Shown here: positions 1-9,131 of the stretch, piece by piece | Position numbering within the stretch: position 1 is the stretch's first letter | How the letters are laid out: each line of letters opens with the position of its first letter | NCBI GenBank assembly: GCA_963697415.1 | Contig: CAVONW010000003.1 | Coordinates: 1,200,350 to 1,264,349 of the forward strand | Length of the DNA: 64,000 bases | Reading direction: 5' to 3' | From: an uncultured Chloroflexia bacterium | Lineage (GTDB): Bacteria > Chloroflexota > Limnocylindria > Limnocylindrales > CSP1-4 | The notes under the pieces: generated by a model | Seen by the model: only the letters and a program-made list of their open reading frames with translations | What the model was told of the DNA's origin: nothing | The model's database searches: none | Translations under genes and position numbers: made by a program

Positions 1-93
1 CTTCCGGCCCTCGCGGATCCGGACGGTGGCGCGGACGGCCTCGTTGGGGAGGTCGTCAGCGCCTGAGGCGGACGCCGACGACGTCCCGAAGCG

Positions 94-348
94 ATGACAA
101 ATCCAGCCCGTTTCAGGATCGAGGCGACCATCCCGATTTCGCTGCCGGCGGTTTGGGACCCATTTCGAGGCGATCGACGGCGGCACACGGGTGACGGTCG
201 AGATCGAGTACGTCCGGCCGTGGGGCATCCTGGGGCGGCTCTTCGAGCCTGTCATGCACGCGATGCTGCGGAGGACGATGGCGGCGAACGCCCGCGCCAT
301 TGCTGCCCTCCTTCGCGCCGAAACCGGCCTCTCCTGAGCCCGCGCTGA
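94..348 (+). pseudogene. SRPBCC (polyketide cyclase/START-like) family remnant; N-terminal strand (RIEATIPISLPAVWD) and C-terminal helix (TRVTVEIEYVRPWGILGRLFEPVMHAMLRRTM) are in two different frames and the middle of the domain is missing
   Basis: Manual translation of two frames. N-terminal motif is in the frame of ORF 94..348, C-terminal part in the +1 frame ending at TGA 346-348. Total is only about 85 aa versus about 150 for the family. Confidence 0.3.
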
Positions 349-402
349 CCTCGAGGTTCCGGCCCGACTCGACTTCGAGCCGCCTCCCGTAGACTCGCGG
401 GG

Positions 403-939
403 ATGGAGTTCAACGGCGACCGATTTCGGCAGGTGATGGGCCGGTTCGCGACGGGTGTGACGGTTGTCACGACCCTCGCGGACGGACGGCCCCAGGGGAT
501 TACCGTCAACGCGCTGTCCAGCGTCTCGCTGGAGCCGCCGCTCATCATGGTGGCGCTGGATCGGCGCCGGTTCATCACGCCAACGGTTCGTGCGTATGGG
601 CGGTACGCGGTGAACGTCCTCGGTGATGGCCAGCAGGTGCTCTCCGATTGCTTCGCCCATGCCGCGGTCAAGCCGGGCCGTGAGGACTTCTGCGGCGCGG
701 CGTGGCACGCGGGAACGACCGGACTCCCGATCCTCGAGGGCGCGATCGCGACACTCGAGTGCACGGTTATCGAGACGTTCTCTGTGGGTGACCACGACCT
801 GTTCATCGGGCGCGTAGACGCCCTCGATGACGGTGGAGCGGGCGGCGCGAGCGTGGGGCCGCTGCTCTACTTCCGGCGGCGCTATCTCCGGATCGAGCAG
901 GGCACGGATGCTCCGGTCGAGGGAAAGCCGGAGGGCTGA
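403..939 (+). CDS. flavin reductase family protein (NAD(P)H:FMN oxidoreductase domain)
   Basis: 178-aa ORF; RFATGVTVVTT...GITVNALSSVS...GDHDLFIGRV is typical of the flavin reductase-like domain; coherent high-GC3 codon usage. Confidence 0.8.
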   Translation: MEFNGDRFRQVMGRFATGVTVVTTLADGRPQGITVNALSSVSLEPPLIMVALDRRRFITPTVRAYGRYAVNVLGDGQQVLSDCFAHAAVKPGREDFCGAAWHAGTTGLPILEGAIATLECTVIETFSVGDHDLFIGRVDALDDGGAGGASVGPLLYFRRRYLRIEQGTDAPVEGKPEG

Positions 940-941
940 GC

Positions 942-1832
942 ATGCCGTTCGTCCATGCCAACGGCCTCGATATCGGGTACGACATGCAGGGTGCCGGCCC
1001 GCCCATCGTCATGCTCCACGGCGTCACATCCGTGGGACGCGAGGACTTCGCCGCTCAGCTGCCGCTCTTCTCGCGCGCCTTCCTGATCCACCTCCCCGAT
1101 GCCCGCGGTCACGGCCGGACGCGCTGGGACGGCGGCGACGGTTTCCAGTACGACTGGCTTGTCGATGACCTCGAGGCGTTCACGGACGCGCTCGGTCTGC
1201 GCTCGTTTCACCTGCTCGGGTTCTCCATGGGAGCCATGACGGCGCTGCAATTCGCGGCACGTCACCCGGAGCGCCTGCGGACGCTGGTGGCAATCGGGAT
1301 CACGACCCAGCGCGAGCCCCGGACGAGCGTCGCGCGGCGCCTCCTGGATCCCACCAGGATCGCGGCCAAGGACCCGGCCTGGGCGGCCGAGCTTTCGCGC
1401 CGGCACGACGACGGACAGGGAGTGGGCGCCTGGCAGCGGCTCCTGCCGGCGGTCGTTGCCGATGTCGCCAATCAGCCGCTCCTCGGACCGCGGGAGCTCC
1501 ACGCGATCAATGTGCCGACGATGATCGTGGTTGGCGACCGGGACCCGTTCGTCCCCGTGGATCACGCTTGGGGGATCGCTCGGCAGATTCCCGGCGCGCG
1601 GCTGTTTGTGGCGCCCGAGTGTGGGCACGAGGTGACCGTGCGGCGACCGGGCCTGTTCAACGAGGCGCTCGCCGGCTTCTACCGATCCACCGAGACGGAG
1701 GCCAGGCGCCGTGCCGAGGCAGCCCAGGATCCGGCCGCACTGACGCATCCGCCGGCCGAGGAGATTCCCGGCATCGACGAGACCGACGCCCACTGGCTCG
1801 ATGGGCGGCGACCCGAAGGAGACCCCGCATGA
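942..1832 (+). CDS. alpha/beta hydrolase fold protein
   Basis: 296-aa ORF starting 3 nt after the previous stop; HGVTSVG...nucleophile elbow GFSMGA...catalytic His near C-terminus (ECGHEV). Confidence 0.8.
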   Translation: MPFVHANGLDIGYDMQGAGPPIVMLHGVTSVGREDFAAQLPLFSRAFLIHLPDARGHGRTRWDGGDGFQYDWLVDDLEAFTDALGLRSFHLLGFSMGAMTALQFAARHPERLRTLVAIGITTQREPRTSVARRLLDPTRIAAKDPAWAAELSRRHDDGQGVGAWQRLLPAVVADVANQPLLGPRELHAINVPTMIVVGDRDPFVPVDHAWGIARQIPGARLFVAPECGHEVTVRRPGLFNEALAGFYRSTETEARRRAEAAQDPAALTHPPAEEIPGIDETDAHWLDGRRPEGDPA

Positions 1833-1979
1833 CGACCCTGCTCGTGCTCTACGGCCGCCCGGCTGGCGGCGACGATGCGCTCGTGACCTTCGAGCGGCCT
1901 CCGCACGGATGACGCGCGAAATCGGGAACGCTACTTCCCCGGCAGTGGATACTGGCGCTGACGCATCCGGAGAACGCCA

Positions 1980-2801
1980 GTGACCGACGTCGATCTCGCG
2001 ACGCGACCGCCCTCGATCCATGTGGAGTTTCCCGCGGTCGGGGCCGCCGGACCGCTGGACGGCGTTGCCCTCGTGACGCTCGATCGGCCCACGGTCCTCA
2101 ACGCCCTCGACTTCACGCTCATCGCCGAACTCGCCGATGCGCTCGAGGCTCTCGATGGCGACTCAGGTTGCCGGGCCATCGTCATCACCGGTGCGGGCGA
2201 TCGGGCGTTCGCGGCCGGCGCTGACATCCGCGAGCTCGCTGTCCAAACCCCGGCCACCTTGCTCGCCGATGACAACTTCCACCACTGGGACCGGATAAAG
2301 CGGATTCGCAAGCCGCTCGTCGCGGCGGTTCGAGGATTCGCCCTGGGGGGCGGCTGCGAACTGGCGATGACCTGTGACCTCCTCGTCGCCAGCGAGGACG
2401 CTCAGTTCGGACAGCCGGAAGTCAAGCTTGGCGTCATGCCGGGGGCCGGCGGAACCCAGCGCCTGACCCGGGCGATCGGCAAGGCCAGGGCCATGGAGAT
2501 GGTCCTGACTGGACGAACGATGAGTGCCCAGGAGGCTGAGGCGCATGGGCTCGTGACCAGGGTCGTGCCGGCCACCGAGACCGTGGCCTCGGCGCTCGCA
2601 CTCGCGTCGTCGATCGCTGCCATGCCCCTCCTGGCCGTGATCGCGGCCAAGGCGGCCGTCAACCGGGCAGAGGAGCTACCCCTCGAGGCGGGCCTCGAGT
2701 TTGAACGCCGGACCTTCTATCTGCTTTTCGGGACCGAGGATCAGCGCGAGGGGATGGCTGCGTTCAAAGAGAAGCGACGGCCTGCCTGGAAGGGCCGCTG
2801 A
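1980..2801 (+). CDS. enoyl-CoA hydratase/isomerase (crotonase family)
   Basis: 273 aa; [13 protein letters not shown]...[17 protein letters not shown]...[35 protein letters not shown] is the canonical crotonase fold signature; GTG start. Confidence 0.85.
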   Translation: MTDVDLATRPPSIHVEFPAVGAAGPLDGVALVTLDRPTVLNALDFTLIAELADALEALDGDSGCRAIVITGAGDRAFAAGADIRELAVQTPATLLADDNFHHWDRIKRIRKPLVAAVRGFALGGGCELAMTCDLLVASEDAQFGQPEVKLGVMPGAGGTQRLTRAIGKARAMEMVLTGRTMSAQEAEAHGLVTRVVPATETVASALALASSIAAMPLLAVIAAKAAVNRAEELPLEAGLEFERRTFYLLFGTEDQREGMAAFKEKRRPAWKGR

Positions 2802-2813
2802 GGGAGGCGCCAG

Positions 2814-3572
2814 ATGACCAGCGATCGTGACTTCGAGGACGAGCCGCAGCCGGTTTGGCGTGATCGGCCGCCCGACCTGTTCTCCCCGATTGACCCGAAT
2901 GCGCCGGTCAGCGGTCATCGCCCGCCGCCCGAGGCCGGGCCAGGGACCCCGCCGTCACAGGCGCCGGAGCATGACTGGCTCGCTGCCGAAGCGATCCTCA
3001 TGCCGATCCTCCGACCGGTCGGGACGTCCGGGATGCACCTCAGTGAGATCGATCCGGCCGGCCTTGCTGCCGCTGGGCTGAAGTCCCACTCGACGCCGAT
3101 CCTCGACGACGGTCCGTCTGGACTCGTCGTCGGGTACGTCCTTCGCGCCGGTGGGTTCGATGCCCACGTCGACGCGGACCATCTGCTGGCGTGGGGCGCG
3201 TCACCCGCCGAACTGCGGGCCGCGGCGATGGCCAACCTGGCGCGCTGGTCCGCGACCGCGCCCTGGGCGGAAGAGGCTTCCGGCGTCCGCCGGCTCGTGT
3301 CGTCTGCGTCCGGCGAGGGCGGCGATGCGGAGCGGATCCTCCTGCCCGAGGTCCGTGCCCATCTCGCCCGTGAGCTGGGAGCGACCGGCCGCGTGCTGGT
3401 GGGGATTCCGGAGCGCGACCTGCTCGTGGCGGCCGGGCTCACCGCGGGAGACGAAGAGTTCGCGGCGCTGTTTGCGGAGTTCGTGCGCGGACATGCGGAT
3501 GGGTCGGACCAGCCGTTGGACCGTCGCGTGCATGAACTCGTGGGTGGGGTGCTCCGGCTGTTCGAGGAGTGA
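2814..3572 (+). CDS. hypothetical protein
   Basis: 252-aa ORF with GGGAGG RBS 6 nt upstream of the ATG, acidic non-R-rich composition consistent with real coding; no recognisable domain. Confidence 0.5.
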   Translation: MTSDRDFEDEPQPVWRDRPPDLFSPIDPNAPVSGHRPPPEAGPGTPPSQAPEHDWLAAEAILMPILRPVGTSGMHLSEIDPAGLAAAGLKSHSTPILDDGPSGLVVGYVLRAGGFDAHVDADHLLAWGASPAELRAAAMANLARWSATAPWAEEASGVRRLVSSASGEGGDAERILLPEVRAHLARELGATGRVLVGIPERDLLVAAGLTAGDEEFAALFAEFVRGHADGSDQPLDRRVHELVGGVLRLFEE

Positions 3573-3842
3573 CGGCCGGACCGTGATCGAGGGCGGCGGC
3601 GGCGACCAGGGCGGCGCTCGCGGCGGCGACCGCGGCGACGTTCGCGTCTGGCGGCCGTTCTGCCCGGAAGAACCAACCCGCGGAATCGACCCCCAGGGAG
3701 TCTCGGCGAGGAGCCGGCGAGCTGAATTCGCGGCTCCGAAGCGTCCGCCCGCCCGGCCAGCCGGCCCGTCCGCTCGGATGGGCGGTGGGCAGAGGCGTGG
3801 ACCAGCCCCGCGATCACCTGATCAGGCTGGTTGGTCCGCGAC

Positions 3843-3907
3843 GCGCCCGGCCACGCGCCCCCCAGGTGCCCCGGCCACGCGCCCCCCAGGTGCCCCGACA
3901 CGCGCCT
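3843..3907. repeat. GC-rich tandem direct repeat, about 2.5 copies of a 24-nt unit (ccggccacgcgccccccaggtgcc) in a 630-nt non-coding gap
   Basis: Direct reading of sequence 3847-3907. Confidence 0.7.
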
Positions 3908-4113
3908 GGCGGCTTCCCTGAGTCTCGCCAGGGACGGGGCGCCTGCGCGCCACTAATTGCCGGCTTGGTTCTCCTGCGCAGAACGCGGCCGTTCTCCGCA
4001 CGAGACACGATTGGACCGCCTCATACCGCCCTCACCATCCGGCTTGGGAGCATCAGCGTGGGTCGGCATGGTCCGGGCGAGCCACGTTCAGGACCAGGAC
4101 GTCGTGGGCCTCG

Positions 4114-4175
4114 ACGAGCGCGCGGGGAGGCACGCGCCCCGGCCGAGCGCGCGGGGAGGCGCACGCCCCGGCCGG
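4114..4175. repeat. GC-rich tandem direct repeat, 2 copies of a 29-nt unit (cgagcgcgcggggaggcacgcgccccggc) in the same non-coding gap
   Basis: Direct reading of sequence 4114-4172. Confidence 0.7.
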
Positions 4176-4205
4176 GCGACCGGTGCCGACGCGTGTCGCC
4201 GCCCG

Positions 4206-4976
4206 ATGCCGCCCCTATGCTCCGTGGGCACTTCGTCGATTGAAGCAGTCTCGGAAGTTGAGGAGCATGCCCCCGTGGATGGCAAGCACACCGGGAGCGG
4301 GACCAGGATTGCCGGCGCGTCCGCCATCGTCACGGGTCTGGCCGGCGCGATCTGGTTCTTCCTCGAGTCCGCCCCGCCGAGATTCGGGTTCGACGACACC
4401 GACAATCCGCTGCTGTCGCTGCAGTTCCTCGATCAACACTCGGTGGTCTATGCCCAGGCGGGCGTGGCACTCTTCGCGCTGGCGATCGCGCTGATCGTCG
4501 CGGCGCACGCCGTTTCGGACGCCCTGGCACATCGCGCGGATCCACTCGCCCTCAAAGTCGTTGCCACCTTCGGACTGTTCTCGGCTGCCTTCTTCTTCAT
4601 GCACGGCGTTCTGCGGCTGTCCGTCCTGCCGATCCTCTACGTTGACGGCCTTCGCGACGAGTGGGGACAGGCGGCGTACCTGGTGAGCCAGTTCGCGGGT
4701 GTCCACGGGTTCGCCCAGGGCGGGATCGTCATGCTGTGCGTGTGGGCCGTCGGGATCAGCCTCATCGGCCTACGAACACGGGCGCTCCCGATCGCACTGT
4801 GCGCCCTGGGAGTCGTTCCGGCATTCCGGCTCCTCGGGATCCTCGGCCCGTTCGGCATCTCATCGGACGATCTCTGGATCTTCTACATGGCCTCGATTGC
4901 CGGCGTGATGCTGTGGGTTCTCGTTCTGGGACTCGTGCTTCTACTCCGCCAGGGACCGTCGGCTCAAACGGCCTAG
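4206..4976 (+). CDS. hypothetical polytopic membrane protein (6-7 predicted TM helices)
   Basis: Hydrophobic segments AIVTGLAGAIWFFL, VALFALAIALIVAA, VVATFGLFSAAFFFM, GIVMLCVWAVGISLIGL, VMLWVLVLGLVLLL. The start is uncertain: ORF-track start 3957 gives an Arg-rich implausible extension, so I chose the in-frame ATG at 4206. Confidence 0.5.
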   Translation: MPPLCSVGTSSIEAVSEVEEHAPVDGKHTGSGTRIAGASAIVTGLAGAIWFFLESAPPRFGFDDTDNPLLSLQFLDQHSVVYAQAGVALFALAIALIVAAHAVSDALAHRADPLALKVVATFGLFSAAFFFMHGVLRLSVLPILYVDGLRDEWGQAAYLVSQFAGVHGFAQGGIVMLCVWAVGISLIGLRTRALPIALCALGVVPAFRLLGILGPFGISSDDLWIFYMASIAGVMLWVLVLGLVLLLRQGPSAQTA

Positions 4977-6607
4977 CCGGGCGGCGCCGGATCCAGGATC
5001 CGGTAGTAGATGAGCTCGCCTACCTCCCCACCATGGGCCCCTTCCTGTGGGACGAATAGGGTGACAACGAGGGCGGGCCGACCGCTGACCTCAATCTCGG
5101 CCAGGGTCGGATTCGTGAAGGCCGTGCTGGCGCCGTCCGTCCGAAGGTCGAGTCTTTCGGCGAACCCAGCCGTTTCGTCGACGAGATACACGCCCCACGT
5201 TCGCCAATCGTTGTTCACCGCCTGGCCCTCGATGACGGTGAAGTCGAAGCCTCGGAACGTCACGGTGTCCCGATCTCCCACGCCGCCTGCGACCCCCAGC
5301 GTTCGGATCCTGTCCTCGAGGCCGCGTTCCGGAGACGCCGACCATGACGTCCAGTCCGAGGTTCCGCGGGCCTGTCGATCGACGTCGCAGCCGTCGTAGT
5401 AATGAAAACCGATGTCGAGGAACGTCGGCGTCGCGACGTACAGGTTCGGCGTGCCCTCGGCGCATGACGACAGACTCAATGGTGGTTCGAAGGCCCTCGT
5501 CGGGACGCCGGCAAGGAGGGCATCCCATGTTGGGTAATAGACGACCTTCAGGTGATTGGGTGGTTCCTGCTCCCAGGCAGCAAAGTAACCGCCTTCGAGC
5601 GTGACCCGGATTGTGGGCATCGAGGCCGAGCCGGCGAGCTTGACCCGCCACGTCCAGTTCATCAGGTCCGTTGACGTGGCCAGGTGCACGCCAAACGTGT
5701 CGTCGCCCGCTAACGAGTGATACAGCGCGACAAACGAGTCAGAGCCTGGGCCGGCGATGATCTTGGCCCCATCCATCTCGTGCCCTTGATCGTCAGTCGC
5801 TTGATAGCTAACGCCAGTCGCACCGACGACATCCTCGATTGCCGCCTTGAGCTCGTTGCGGGCCCCGGCGCTCGATCCGTTCAGGGTGGCGAGGCGCGCT
5901 GCGCCGAACCCCACGCCGCCGACGATGGCAGCCAGAAGCCCGCCAGCGATTGCCCGAGGGACCCAGATCCGAGCCCGGGCGCCGGGGGTCGGGAGCCCGC
6001 GGGCGAGGAGGAGGTCAAATCCCAGGGTCGCCCAGGCGAGTGCGATCAGGAAGAGGCCGGCAATCGCGACCCGTTGGACGAGATCGCCCGCCGGCCCATG
6101 CGTGAGACCGAGCCGATCGTTCCCAAGGAGTCCGAGCACGTACGCGACCGAGAGCGGGATCGCTACCCAGCGAGGCGCCAATCTCTGCCGGGCCGCCACA
6201 AGAAAGTAGAGGGCGCCGACCGTCCAAGAAGCGGTGATGGCCCACGACCAGATCAGACCGAAGTCGCCGGCCGTTGGCCGTTCGCGGCCGATAGCCAAGA
6301 GGCCCATCGTGAACCACCACGCCTCGGCGGCAATGGCGGCAACGGCCAGGGCAACGACCCGACGCGAGGAGCCGCCGCCCAGCGATGCGCGGAGGTGGAT
6401 GCCGACGATGATCGCGATAGGCCCAAGCGTGATCAGGTCGCCGTTCGAGGATCTCAGTGGCGGCGACAGCCAGCCAGCGACCGCCGCGATCTGAAGAACG
6501 CCGGCTACGAATCCAACGAACGCCGAGCCCGGGAACCAGCCGAGGCACCGGATCAACTCAGGCTGGCAATTCGGCGACTCCGTCCTTGGCCCCCGTCGCG
6601 TCGGCAT
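4973..6607 (-). CDS. hypothetical membrane protein: N-terminal about 8-TM domain plus about 350-aa C-terminal soluble (probably extracytoplasmic) domain
   Basis: ORF 4973..6844 minus. The first about 80 aa look non-coding, so the start is placed at the ATG at 6607 just before the first TM (LGWFPGSAFVGFVAGVLQIAAV). The C-terminal domain is rich in W/Y/D/G with no recognisable family. Lies downstream of a PadR partner gene on the same strand. Confidence 0.5.
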   Translation of the reverse strand: MPTRRGPRTESPNCQPELIRCLGWFPGSAFVGFVAGVLQIAAVAGWLSPPLRSSNGDLITLGPIAIIVGIHLRASLGGGSSRRVVALAVAAIAAEAWWFTMGLLAIGRERPTAGDFGLIWSWAITASWTVGALYFLVAARQRLAPRWVAIPLSVAYVLGLLGNDRLGLTHGPAGDLVQRVAIAGLFLIALAWATLGFDLLLARGLPTPGARARIWVPRAIAGGLLAAIVGGVGFGAARLATLNGSSAGARNELKAAIEDVVGATGVSYQATDDQGHEMDGAKIIAGPGSDSFVALYHSLAGDDTFGVHLATSTDLMNWTWRVKLAGSASMPTIRVTLEGGYFAAWEQEPPNHLKVVYYPTWDALLAGVPTRAFEPPLSLSSCAEGTPNLYVATPTFLDIGFHYYDGCDVDRQARGTSDWTSWSASPERGLEDRIRTLGVAGGVGDRDTVTFRGFDFTVIEGQAVNNDWRTWGVYLVDETAGFAERLDLRTDGASTAFTNPTLAEIEVSGRPALVVTLFVPQEGAHGGEVGELIYYRILDPAPPG

Positions 6608-6725
6608 CGGCCGCGACACTGCGACGACGTCGCGCCACACCGAGGCCCAGCGCGATCCAGGCGAGCCCGTTGAGCACGAGCCCAACCTGCGACAGACGGG
6701 ATGAAGATTGAGCCGAGGTCGCCGG

Positions 6726-7452
6726 CTACGAGGCCAAGCGGATCCCATTCCAGTAATGGCCAGCATGGATCCAACGCCAAGCGTGAACCCAGCCGGTCGC
6801 CAGACGCTGGCCGAGCCGGAGGCTCGTGAAACCGAGCCACGCATCGCTGAGCCACATGGCCAGGGCCGCGGTGTTGAAGGACGGGTCGTAATCCCCGCCT
6901 CCGACCTGCCCGTCCTTGGTAACGGCGCGGAGAATCAGGACCAGATACCACGCGTTCGCGAGAATCGCCGGGCCGGCAGCCACCAGCGCTTGCCCACGCA
7001 TCGATGGCGAGTGCCGCCGGTAGATGGCAATCGCGATTGCAATCGCGCCGGCGTTGAACACGACCAGCCGCAGATTGAACAGGTCTGCCGTCCACGGAAG
7101 CGACGGCACGTACGCGGCGATCAGAAGGAGCCCACCCGCAATCCCGATCGCGCCGAGCAACTTCGTCGAGACGGATGCCGGTTCTCCGAGCGAATGACCC
7201 ACGGTGCGGTTCCTTCCCGCGTGCTCCGTAGACGGTCGTAACGGCCAGGTCGCCGAGCGTGCGAAACCACGTCCGGACCGGGCCCGATCTGGCATGTGGC
7301 TGGCGCGCGTCCCGCATCTGGTCGGAAAAGAGCTGAACCATTTCATCGGCGAATCGGCGTCGGAATTCAGCCGGATACAGGCGCAGCAGACCGCGGTATA
7401 GCCGCTCCGCGACCGGCTCCCGCCCGGACATCAGGTGGCCTCCAGCGCCCAC
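6726..7452 (-). pseudogene. PadR-associated membrane protein with conserved N-terminal prefix (AERLYRGLLRLYPAEFRRRFADEMVQLF), interrupted by a frameshift near 7195-7215
   Basis: N-terminal about 80 aa are in the frame of ORF 6553..7452 and the TM helices (LLGAIGIAGGLLLIAAYVPSL, VVFNAGAIAIAIAIY, ILANAWYLVLIL) in the frame of ORF 6726..7346. The same architecture is intact in the paralogous gene 7945..8742. Confidence 0.5.
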
Positions 7453-7491
7453 GGGCGCGCCGACCGGACGAGGGTCTCGAGCCGACGGACC

Positions 7492-7785
7492 TCAGAGGAT
7501 GCGACTGCCACGCCCGAGGGCCGTGAGACGGTAGTAGCGGCGTCGCGCGTCATCCAGCTCCGGGTCTGGCCGCTCGTCGCACTCCTCGATCAGCCCATCG
7601 TCCAGGAGCCGCTTGATCGTGGTGTAGATGCCGCCAGGCCCGAGCTGAACTGCGCCCTCGGTCATCCGGGTGATCTCGGTCATGATCGCGTAGCCGTGCC
7701 GCTCTTCAGGCCCGATGGCCAGCAGCACATGCATCGCCGTGCGCGAGAGGGGTGGAGTCGAGCGGGGCTGATCGGTGAGTTCCAT
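7492..7785 (-). CDS. PadR family transcriptional regulator
   Basis: 97 aa; HGYAIMTEI...GPGGIYTTIKRLLDDGLIEE...RRYYRLTALG is the winged-helix PadR signature. Confidence 0.85.
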   Translation of the reverse strand: MELTDQPRSTPPLSRTAMHVLLAIGPEERHGYAIMTEITRMTEGAVQLGPGGIYTTIKRLLDDGLIEECDERPDPELDDARRRYYRLTALGRGSRIL

Positions 7786-7793
7786 CGCCGGAC

Positions 7794-7830
7794 TATATCC
7801 GATGTTGATAGATTGTCAAGTGATAGATTT
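7794..7830 (-). promoter_or_regulatory. AT-rich promoter/operator of the PadR operon: direct repeat TGATAGAT-N7-TGATAGAT (plus strand) overlapping a TTGACA -35 and TATAGT -10 on the minus strand, about 8 nt upstream of the PadR ATG (near-leaderless)
   Basis: Direct reading. The AT-rich island stands out in a 70% GC background. Confidence 0.45.
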
Positions 7831-7944
7831 TGACCCACCAGGCGAACACTCGACCCCGGAGACCGGGCCCTCGTGGCGCGACGCACCCGGTGAAGCGTCA
7901 CCCACGCGAGGGGGGCGTCCGGACTCGGCCACGGGGCGGGCCGG

Positions 7945-8742
7945 TCACGGGATCGCCCCCTCGAAGTGCGCCATGCCGGAACGATCGGTGCGCAGGGCGC
8001 TCACGCCAAGCCCGGCCCAGCCGGCCGGGAACATCAGGACCATGGCGATGATGGCGACGCCTTCGAGCGCCGATGGCAGGAAGCCGCCCAGGACACCCGC
8101 GAGGCCGAGGACGACCACGATCGCGCCCACGCCCATGAGCGCCGCGGCTCCGCTGGATAGGCTCCGCGCGCGGAGGGTTGCCAGGGCGAACAGGCCAGAC
8201 CCGAGGAGCAGACCAAACAAGCCCAGCGTCGAGATGGCCCAGCCGCTGAGTCCTCCGATGATCGCTCGGTCGCTGTCTCCAGAGGCGGCGATGGCCACCG
8301 CTCCGAGCAGCGAGACGACGGCGCTCACGGCCGGAACGGCGAACGCGGCCCAGACCAGGATCGGGTAGCGGCGGGCCTGGAAGGCGCTCAGCCCGACCAG
8401 GGCGACGAGGGTCGTCACGATCGCCACCAGGAGAGCGATGCCGATCAAGGTTGAGTAGGTGTCGCCGCCATTGTTGATGGCGTTGCCGGCGAGGACGATG
8501 AACCAGAGGAGGCCGCCGAGAATCGCGGCGTAGCCTCCGATGCGAAGTGTCATGGCGAATCCCTTTCCGTGGATGGACGCGGCCCCGAGGCCGCGGAAGT
8601 GGAGGTGCGCATCGAGCGCGCCGAGCAGGACGTCCGCGACGTCGAAGGGTCCGAGCGGGCGGTCCCCAAGGACCTGCTCGAACTCATCGCCGTAGCGGGC
8701 CCTCCAGCGGGCTGGATAGAGTCGGATGAGCAGTGATCTCAC
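7945..8742 (-). CDS. PadR-associated polytopic membrane protein (conserved N-terminal prefix LIRLYPARWRARYGDEFEQVL followed by about 6 TM helices)
   Basis: 265-aa ORF whose ATG overlaps the stop of the upstream PadR by 4 nt (ATGA), forming an operon; Gly/Ala/Leu-rich TM helices. Confidence 0.7.
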   Translation of the reverse strand: MRSLLIRLYPARWRARYGDEFEQVLGDRPLGPFDVADVLLGALDAHLHFRGLGAASIHGKGFAMTLRIGGYAAILGGLLWFIVLAGNAINNGGDTYSTLIGIALLVAIVTTLVALVGLSAFQARRYPILVWAAFAVPAVSAVVSLLGAVAIAASGDSDRAIIGGLSGWAISTLGLFGLLLGSGLFALATLRARSLSSGAAALMGVGAIVVVLGLAGVLGGFLPSALEGVAIIAMVLMFPAGWAGLGVSALRTDRSGMAHFEGAIP

Positions 8743-9062
8743 GGCTGGGACTCGCCCAGATGGCGGAGACCGTGCTCGGCGAATCGCGAGAGGCCACGAA
8801 GCTGCTCCGCGAGATTGGACGCCCCGATCGCCGTGAGCCGATACGGCCGTCGCCGATCGACCGGGGCCATCGGTTCGACGAGGCCCTGCTCCTCGAGACG
8901 AACGAGCGCTGCGTACAGCGTTCCGGCGCCCATCGGCCGGCCCGTGCTGCTCTCGACGTCCTGCATGATCGCGTAGCCGTGTTTCGGCCCGTCGCTCAGG
9001 CTGACCAGGATGAGCAGTGAGGGTTCGGCAAACCGCCCGAACTCAGGGACCTTCGGTTTCAT
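8739..9062 (-). CDS. PadR family transcriptional regulator
   Basis: 107 aa; SLLILVSLSDGPKHGYAIMQDV...GAGTLYAALVRLEEQGLVE...RRRPYRLTAIG; GGAG RBS 8 nt upstream. Confidence 0.85.
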   Translation of the reverse strand: MKPKVPEFGRFAEPSLLILVSLSDGPKHGYAIMQDVESSTGRPMGAGTLYAALVRLEEQGLVEPMAPVDRRRPYRLTAIGASNLAEQLRGLSRFAEHGLRHLGESQP

Positions 9063-9086
9063 CGAGGAACTCCAACTCTTACGACA

Positions 9087-9111
9087 GTCGATATATCGAT
9101 GGGCGATATAT
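9087..9111 (-). promoter_or_regulatory. Putative PadR operator: palindrome TCGATATATCGA followed by inverted copy CGATATATA, immediately upstream of the second PadR gene
   Basis: Direct reading. TCGATATATCGA is self-complementary, and ATATATCG/CGATATAT are reverse complements. Confidence 0.45.
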
Positions 9112-9131
9112 ACGCCGCACCGGGACGCCTG

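Noticed and set aside
1-66. Possible 3' end of an upstream plus-strand gene (…LVGEVVSA*)
   Set aside because: Only 22 codons visible; cannot support a call
1829-1912. 27-codon ORF overlapping the hydrolase stop (ATGA)
   Set aside because: Too short, no RBS distinct from coding sequence, no conservation evidence; likely fortuitous
882-2021. 379-aa minus-strand ORF antisense to hydrolase and crotonase; similar long antisense ORFs at 2915-3901, 11806-13191, 15670-16629, 23704-24912, 30330-31196, 32833-33660, 43624-44646, 44756-45670
   Set aside because: Arg/Pro/Gly-rich low-complexity translations typical of antisense frames in 70%-GC DNA; each overlaps a sense gene with clear domain signatures
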